Part shown: positions 57,880 through 64,000 of the stretch, in pieces
Layout: the number at the start of each line of letters is the position of its first letter
Position numbering within the stretch: the stretch's first letter is position 1
NCBI GenBank assembly: GCA_963762145.1
Contig: CAVXJS010000011.1
Location: forward strand, 160,001 to 224,000
Length of the DNA: 64,000 nucleotides
DNA from: an uncultured Candidatus Rokubacteria bacterium
Lineage (GTDB): Bacteria; Methylomirabilota; Methylomirabilia; Rokubacteriales; CSP1-6
Direction: 5' to 3'
Program-made: the position numbers and the translations under genes
Notes under the pieces: model-generated
What the model saw: only the letters and a program-made list of their open reading frames with translations
The model's database searches: none
Told to the model about the DNA's origin: nothing

Positions 57880-59370
57880 GTGATCGAGAGCCTTCTCGGC
57901 CTGGGCACGGGGTTCCAGCACGCGGTGCAGCCGCTGAACCTCGGCATGATCGCGCTCGGCCTGGTCATCGGCATCCTGGCCGGCGCGCTGCCCGGCATCA
58001 CCATGCTCAACTCGATCGTGCTGGTGCTGCCGTTCACCTACCTGATGGGCATCGTGCCCGCGCTGCTGCTCATGATCGGGGTCTACTGCGGTGGAGTCTT
58101 CGGGGGCTCGATCACCGGCATCCTCTTCAATATCCCGGGCGATCCCATGAACGTGCCTACCACCTGGGAGGGCTACCAGCTGAGCCAGCAAGGGCGCACC
58201 CAGTACGCGCTCGGGCTCGCCATCATGTCCTCCGCGGTGGGCGGGCTGGTGAGCGCGCTCTTCCTGGCCTTCTTCGCGCCGCCCTTCGCCCGCTTCGCGC
58301 TGACGCTGTCGAGCGTGGAGTTCTTCTCGGTGGTGCTGTTCGGCCTGGCCGGGGTCTCGGTCCTGAACCAGTCCTCGCTACCCGCCGCGCTCATCTCGCT
58401 CTTCGCGGGCTTGTTCCTCGGCACCATGGGCACCGAGGCCCAGTACGGGGTGGAGCGCTTCGCCTTCGGCGTGCCCTTCCTCAAGACCGGGGTGGACTTC
58501 GTCACCGTGCTGATCGGCCTCTTCGCCATCGGCGAGGTGCTGGAGCAGATCGTCACCGCCCAGCCGCGAATCGCCACGCGTGGACCGGCGCGGACGGTGC
58601 CCCGGCTGCCCCTGCGGGATCTCTGGCCGCTGCGCGGGCCGCTGGCGCGGGGCACGCTGGTGGGCATCGCGGTGGGTGGCCTCGCGGGGGCGGGCGCGAC
58701 CGTGTCGTCCTTCGTGTCCTACGGGCTCGAGAAGCAGTTCTCGAAGACGCCCGAGCTCTTCGGCCGGGGCCACGCGGGGGCGCTGGTCGCCTCCGAGAGC
58801 AGCGTGAACGGCTCGACCGGCGGGGCCATGATCCATCTCCTCACGCTCGGCATCCCGGGCAGCGCGGCCACCGCGGTGATGATGGGCGCGTTCCTCATCC
58901 ACGGTATCCAGCCGGGGCCGCTGCTCTTCACGAAGCAGCCGGAGCAGGTCTACACGCTCTTCGCGGGGATGATCCTGGCCAACGTGCTGATGGTGGCCTT
59001 CGGGTTCCTGGCCGCGATGTGCTTCGCCACCCTCATGCGCGTGCCCGCCCCGATCCTGAACACCCTGATCGTGGTCTTCTGCTTCATCGGGGCCTTCGCG
59101 CTGCGCAACGACATGGCCGACGTCTGGCTGACGATGCTCTTCGGGGTGATCGGCTTCTTCATGCGCCGGTACGACCTGCCCATCCCGCCGCTGGTCATGG
59201 GGGTGATCCTGGGCCCGATGGCCGAACAGTACTTCCTCACCAGCATGGTCGCGCACGGCAATGACCTCACCGTGTTCGTGACGCGGCGGGTGAGCGCGGT
59301 GATCCTGGGCCTGGCCGTGCTGCTGGTGCTGGCCCCGTCGCTCAGGCGGCTGCGCCGCGGGGCCGCCTGA
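57880..59370 (+). CDS. tctA: TctA large membrane subunit
   Basis: GALPG, GGSI..IL.N.PG, LTLGIPG, G..PGP.LF, G.ILGP..E. Confidence 0.93.
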   Translation: MIESLLGLGTGFQHAVQPLNLGMIALGLVIGILAGALPGITMLNSIVLVLPFTYLMGIVPALLLMIGVYCGGVFGGSITGILFNIPGDPMNVPTTWEGYQLSQQGRTQYALGLAIMSSAVGGLVSALFLAFFAPPFARFALTLSSVEFFSVVLFGLAGVSVLNQSSLPAALISLFAGLFLGTMGTEAQYGVERFAFGVPFLKTGVDFVTVLIGLFAIGEVLEQIVTAQPRIATRGPARTVPRLPLRDLWPLRGPLARGTLVGIAVGGLAGAGATVSSFVSYGLEKQFSKTPELFGRGHAGALVASESSVNGSTGGAMIHLLTLGIPGSAATAVMMGAFLIHGIQPGPLLFTKQPEQVYTLFAGMILANVLMVAFGFLAAMCFATLMRVPAPILNTLIVVFCFIGAFALRNDMADVWLTMLFGVIGFFMRRYDLPIPPLVMGVILGPMAEQYFLTSMVAHGNDLTVFVTRRVSAVILGLAVLLVLAPSLRRLRRGAA

Positions 59371-60500
59371 GCGCGGCAGGGCGAGCGCGGCGGCGAGCAC
59401 GCCCTGGGCGAGCGCCGCCAGCGCCATGCCGCGGTAGCCGCCGCTGCCGATCGCGGCGGCGCCCGCCGCGGCGCCGATCACGAGCCCGCTCTGGTTGGTG
59501 AGCGCGATGAGCCCGAAGAGGGCGCCCGCTGGCGGGGCGCCAGCTCGGAGCCGTAGGCCAGGAACGCCGGGCGGCTCGCCGAGTTGCAGAGGGTCAGCAG
59601 TATCGCGAGCGCCACGACCGGCGCGAGCGCGAGCCCCGCGCCGAAGAGGGTCAGGCCGAGGCCCGCGCTGACGATCTGGAAGATGACGAAGATCCCGGGC
59701 TTGCTGAAGCGATCCCCGAGCCGTCCGCCCAGCACATTGCCCGTGATGGCTCCGATCGCGACCAGGACGAGGACGGGCGCCACGCCCACCGCGCTCAGGT
59801 GAAGGTCAGCATGACGAAGGCGGGGAGGAAGATCACCACCATGCCGAAGAGGGAGCGCTCCAGGAGGTTCGCCCCGAGCAGGTTGAGCGCGCGGCACGCC
59901 CCAGACCGCGCGGTAGGTGGCGATCACGCTGGTGCCGGAGACCATCGGCGGGATGTCCGGGAACCACCGCCACACCGCCGCGCCGAGCAGCAGCATCACG
60001 ACGACCGATGGCCACGAAGGCCCAGCGCCAGCCGAGCGTGCCGGCCACCGCGCCCATCAGCGGCACGCCGCCGATCGCCGCGAAGCTGAAGCCCATGTTG
60101 AACCAGCCCATCGCGCGGGCCCGGCGCTCGGCCGGGAACAGATCGCCGACCGAGGCCATGAGGCTGATCGGCGCGAGCGAGCCCAGCAGCCCGGCGAGGA
60201 AGCCCACCACCACGAGCGCTGCGGAGCTCGGCGCCGCGCGCCCCGAGGCTCCAGCGCCGCCACGCTGCCGAACGCGGCGACGTCTTCGGCTTGCGCCCAG
60301 CCGATCCGACAGCAGGCCCGAGAACGGCGAGAACAGCGCCTGCGGCACGCCCGCCGCCGCGGCCAGCAGGCCGCCTGGCCCAGCGAGATCCCCAGGTCCC
60401 GCGAGATGTCCACCAGCAGCGGCCCGATCATCGTCACCGACGTGACGATCCCGGTCACGCCCGCGGTGATCAGGATCATGGGGTCAGGTCTCATGTTCAT
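59370..60500 (-). CDS. MFS transporter (several frameshifts; 3' end uncertain)
   Basis: G.LSDR.G, D.FP.ERR.RA.G, GWRW.F, GGRLGDR. Confidence 0.8.
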
Positions 60501-60509
60501 GGATTCGGG

Positions 60510-61377
60510 GCATACCTTCCCCGCGATCCAGCCCTCGACGGTCGCGGCAGGTGCGGTCTTCTTCGTCAGTCAGGTCGCCGGGGCGGGCGAGCGTCGCGCG
60601 AGAGCCGCCGGATCGTCGAGAGCCCAGTCGCGGACCGCGGCGACCTGGCATTGATCCTTGATCGAGTAGGACTGGCCGGTGCAGTCCCTAGGCTCGGCCA
60701 GAGCTCCGCGATCACGATGCTGTCACCGCCATCGCCGCGTCCCACGCGGTCTCGAAGGGCCAGAGTCGAGCGCGCGCCTCCAGGGCCGGGTGTGTGAGTA
60801 AGCGGTGGACCGCGGGCAGGCCCACCAGGGTCTGCGAGCCGACCGAGGCGCGGGTGTAGAGCTTCCACGGGCTCTGGATGCGCCGTGACGCCAGCCGCCG
60901 CTCGACCAGCCGGCCGTCGCTGATGCGCGGGGGGAACGGGCGCGGCCGCGTCGGGCTCAGGTGCGGATAGCGTGGCCCGCGGGATGGCCCCAGAACGGCC
61001 CCTCGAAGCCCCCGCCGAACGCGGCCTGGATCTCGCGGTTCAGGATCCCGGCGACCTCGAACCGATTATTCGCCGCCGTCGGGCTCGTCGCGGATCAGGC
61101 TGTCCAGCCTGGCGCAGAGCGCGCGCCCCGCCGGCAGGCCCGCGTCGGCCGGATAGCCGAAGGCGAAGTCGAAGCCCACGAGCGCAGCGCCGGGCTCTCC
61201 GACGAGCAGGCCGAAGATGAAGGCTTCCGCCTCGGGCCGGGTGCGGAAGTAGCTGCGGCGCCGGCCGCGGCTCACCGGCGCGGCCCCACGCGACCCAGCA
61301 GCGATCCCGCGCGGGCCTCGCCGGGCCCGGGTCGAGGCCGCCGACCAGTCCGCCACGACGACCAGCCGGAAGCTCAG
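60510..61377 (-). CDS. DUF429/RNase-H-like hypothetical protein (frameshifted; ends approximate)
   Basis: VADWSAA, GFDFAFGYP, NNRF, PFWG, S.WKL...SVGSQ...G, WPFE, E.WP, EGWI across frames. Confidence 0.6.
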
Positions 61378-62405
61378 GGCGTGAGGACGATCTTGCCGAA
61401 CTGCTTGCCCTCCGCAAGGCGGCGCTGGGCCTCGACGCCCTCGCGCAACGGCATCACGGTGTCCACGATGGCCCGCAGCCGCCCGGCGAAGAGCTGGCCC
61501 ATGACCGTGTTGAACTCCGCGTCGTTCGACATCGTGGAGCCGATGATCGAGAGCTGCTTCCAGAACACGAGGCGGATATCGGTCTCGGCGATCGGGCCCG
61601 ACGTCGCGCCGCACGTGACGATACGGCCGCCCTTGGCCACGGTGCGGATCGCGCCCTTCCAGGTGGCGGCGCCCACGTTCTCCAGGATCACGTCCACCCC
61701 GCGCCGGCCCGTCTTCTGGCCGATCACCTTCACCCAGTCTTCCTTCGAGTAGTTGATGCACTCGTCGGCGCCGAGGGCCCGCGCGCGCTCGAGCTTGTCG
61801 TCGCTGGAGGAGGTGACCCACACGCGCGCGCCGCAGAGCTTGCCGATCTGCACCGCGGTGGAGGAGACGCCGCCGCCCACGCCGAGGATCAGCAGGTCCT
61901 CGCCCGCGCGCAGCCGGGCCTGGGTGACCAGCATGCGCCAGGCGGTCATGTTCACGAGGATGAAGGCCGCCGCGTCCTCGTAGGTGATCGCGTCGGGCAG
62001 GGGGAGGACGTGGCGCGCGTCCACCTTCACGTACTCGGCGAGCCCGCCGTGGGTGTGCTCGCCCAGGATGCCGTAGCGCACGCACAGGCTGTGCTCGCCG
62101 CGGCGGCAGTATTCGCAGCGTGCCGTCAGGAGAGATTCGGGTTGACGGCGACGCGGATGCCGACCCTCACGTCCGCGCACGTCCGCGCCCACGCCGGCCA
62201 CGTCACCGGCGATATCGCAGCCGGTCCAGAACGGCATCGGCAGCGTGAGGCCGGGCAGGCCCTCGCGCACGAAGAGATCGAGGTGGTTGAGGGCGGCCGC
62301 GCGCACGCGGACCAGCACGTCGCCCGCCCCGATGGCCGGGTCCGCGACGTCCCGGTACTGCAGCTTCTCGAGCCCGCCGTGCTCCTGGAACGCGAGCGCC
62401 TTCAA
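61374..62405 (-). CDS. Zn-binding MDR alcohol dehydrogenase / quinone oxidoreductase (frameshifts near 62130-62170)
   Basis: ALNHLD, G.D.AG, C.YC..G...C, GG.AEY, G.GGGVS, CGATSG, GKIVL. Confidence 0.88.
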   Translation of the reverse strand: MKALAFQEHGGLEKLQYRDVADPAIGAGDVLVRVRAAALNHLDLFVREGLPGLTLPMPFWTGCDIAGDVAGVGADVRGREGRHPRRRQPESLLTARCEYCRRGEHSLCVRYGILGEHTHGGLAEYVKVDARHVLPLPDAITYEDAAAFILVNMTAWRMLVTQARLRAGEDLLILGVGGGVSSTAVQIGKLCGARVWVTSSSDDKLERARALGADECINYSKEDWVKVIGQKTGRRGVDVILENVGAATWKGAIRTVAKGGRIVTCGATSGPIAETDIRLVFWKQLSIIGSTMSNDAEFNTVMGQLFAGRLRAIVDTVMPLREGVEAQRRLAEGKQFGKIVLTP

Positions 62406-63640
62406 GCGGCGCCGAGTCCCGCCTTCGGCGCGTTCACCAGCACCGCCATGTTGCCGTAGGGATGCTTGTTCTCGAGCATGAGCTGGTGGCACTCGGCCAG
62501 CTCGTCGTAACCATACGTCTGCGACAGGCACGGGTCCACCTTGCCCGCGTCCACCAGCTTCGTCACCGCCAGGGCCTGCTGGTCGTTCGAGAGGTGGCTG
62601 CCCTGGAAGCGCTTCTGGCGCATCCAGTGATAGCGCAGGTCGAGCGTGACGTTGTAGCCGGTGGTGCCCGCGCAGATCACGATCATGCCGCCGGTGCCGC
62701 AGACGAACTCGGACGTCGGCAGGGTCGCTTCGCCCGGGTGCTCGAAGACGATCCTCGGGCTGGTGCGCTCTCCGAGCGCGTCCCAGATCGCCTTGCCGAA
62801 GGCCCGCGCGCCCTTGGCCCAGTTGCCGTAGGCCTTGCCGTCCTTGGTGTCGGGCATCGGGCCCCAGTGGTCGAACTGGGAGCGATTGATGACCCCGACC
62901 GCGCCGTGCTCCATGCAGAACTTCTTCTTGGCGTCGTCGGAGACCACCGCGATGGCGCGGCCGCCCTGCGCGCGGACGATCTCGAGCGCGAGGCTGCCGA
63001 GGCCGCCGGTGGCGCCCCAGACCAGCACCACGTCGCCCTTCTCGACGGTGTGCGGCTCCCAGCCCATCAGCATGCGGTAGGCGGTGGAGGCGCAGAGCAG
63101 GAAGCAGCCGGCCGCCTCCCAGGTGAGCCGCTTCGGCTTGGCGATGCACTGATGCGCCTGGGCGCGCGCGAACTGGCAGTAGCTGCCGTAGTTCGTCTGG
63201 TAGCCCCAGATGCGGGTGGACTCGGCGAGCATCGGATCCTTGCCGGAGAGCACCCACGGGTCGTCGGGTCGCCACCACCCGCTGTGCACGATGACCTCGT
63301 CGCCCACCTTGACGTTCTTGACGTCCTTGCCGATGGCCCACACGATGCCGGAGCAGTCGCTGCCGCCGGCGTGGAAGTCCTCGGGCTCGCCCAGCTTCAG
63401 GCGCTCCGCGATGACGTCGAGCGGCTGGCCCAGCGCGGCCCACACGTTGTTGTAGTTGATGCCCGAGGCCATCACGTAGACCAGCACCTCGTCGGGGCCG
63501 ATGGTCGGCGTCGGCAGCACCTCGCGCTTCCACGCGTCGCGCGGCTGGCCGAAGCGGTTCTGCCGGACCGCGAACGCGTGCATCCGCTTCGGGACTTCTC
63601 CGAGCGGCGGCTTGTCACCCAGGTCGTAGAGGTCTGCCAT
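62402..63640 (-). CDS. ccr: Crotonyl-CoA carboxylase/reductase
   Basis: GINYN.VWA..G.P, H..GSD.SGIVW, IWGY.T..GS..QF, FEHPG, DLRY.WMRQKR.QGSH. Confidence 0.93.
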   Translation of the reverse strand: MADLYDLGDKPPLGEVPKRMHAFAVRQNRFGQPRDAWKREVLPTPTIGPDEVLVYVMASGINYNNVWAALGQPLDVIAERLKLGEPEDFHAGGSDCSGIVWAIGKDVKNVKVGDEVIVHSGWWRPDDPWVLSGKDPMLAESTRIWGYQTNYGSYCQFARAQAHQCIAKPKRLTWEAAGCFLLCASTAYRMLMGWEPHTVEKGDVVLVWGATGGLGSLALEIVRAQGGRAIAVVSDDAKKKFCMEHGAVGVINRSQFDHWGPMPDTKDGKAYGNWAKGARAFGKAIWDALGERTSPRIVFEHPGEATLPTSEFVCGTGGMIVICAGTTGYNVTLDLRYHWMRQKRFQGSHLSNDQQALAVTKLVDAGKVDPCLSQTYGYDELAECHQLMLENKHPYGNMAVLVNAPKAGLGAA

Positions 63641-63654
63641 GAATGCCTCCGGGC

Positions 63655-64000
63655 CTATCGGCCCTTGAAGTTGGCGCGCTTCCGCTCGGCGGCGGCCTTG
63701 AGGCCCGCCTTGCGGTCCTCGGAGAGGAGCGGGCCGGAGCACTGCGCCGTCTCCCAGTCGAGCCACGCGCCCATGTCGCCGTAGTAGGTGCCGTTGATCG
63801 CCCGCTTCGCGGCCTGCACCGCGAGCGGGGCGTTGGCCGCGATCTCGCCGGCCAGCTCGGCCACGCGGGCCTGCAGCTCCCCCGCGGGGTACACCGCCTG
63901 CACGAGCCCGATGCGGAGCGCCTCCGCGGCGTCGAAGCGCCGGGCGGAGTAGATCAGCTCCTTGGCCTTCCCGATGCCGACCGTGCGCGGGAGCCGCTGC
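63655..64000 (-). CDS. Enoyl-CoA hydratase/isomerase (5' end outside window)
   Basis: QRLPR.VG...AKELI, A.EAL.IGLV, APLAV..AK, SED..G..A..E.R...F.G. Confidence 0.9.
   Translation of the reverse strand, partial: QRLPRTVGIGKAKELIYSARRFDAAEALRIGLVQAVYPAGELQARVAELAGEIAANAPLAVQAAKRAINGTYYGDMGAWLDWETAQCSGPLLSEDRKAGLKAAAERKRANFKGR

Noticed and set aside
60480-60545. DUF429-like protein fused in frame to the MFS
   Set aside because: The EGWI frame runs into the MFS start, but the region has several indels, so the fusion cannot be supported without better reads

Overview
High-GC bacterial window from a diderm organism (TonB receptor, OmpA and autotransporter domains). Gene order and content suggest a Methylomirabilota/Rokubacteria- or deltaproteobacteria-like lineage, which is inference only. 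Scattered 1-nt indels break even essential genes such as ftsH, so most frameshifts are probably long-read consensus errors. Layout: (1) 1-5.1 kb cobamide salvage operon (TonB receptor-cbiZ-tonB-cbiB-cobQ). (2) 5.2-17.0 kb housekeeping block (argS, SPOR, hpt, ftsH, folP, cdaA-cdaR-glmM, acpS, nnr, tsaE) carrying REP-like palindromes, one of them in frame inside the SPOR gene. (3) 17.1-49.1 kb atypical type VI secretion island with an FHA-TssM fusion, a TssE carrying an inserted DnaA-domain-I-like module, no recognisable tssJ, PAAR or phosphatase, a kinase-tssL pair, an exported Sel1-caspase plus DUF4384 partner sharing a palindromic bidirectional promoter with the T6SS, two large methyltransferases, a nearly passenger-less autotransporter and several candidate protease/hydrolase effectors. 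(4) 49.2-64 kb core/metabolic genes (radC, pyrD with a DnaA-box cluster at its 3' end, TauD-TauE-TctCBA, MFS, ccr). All domain calls come from motif recognition by eye; no database searches were run.
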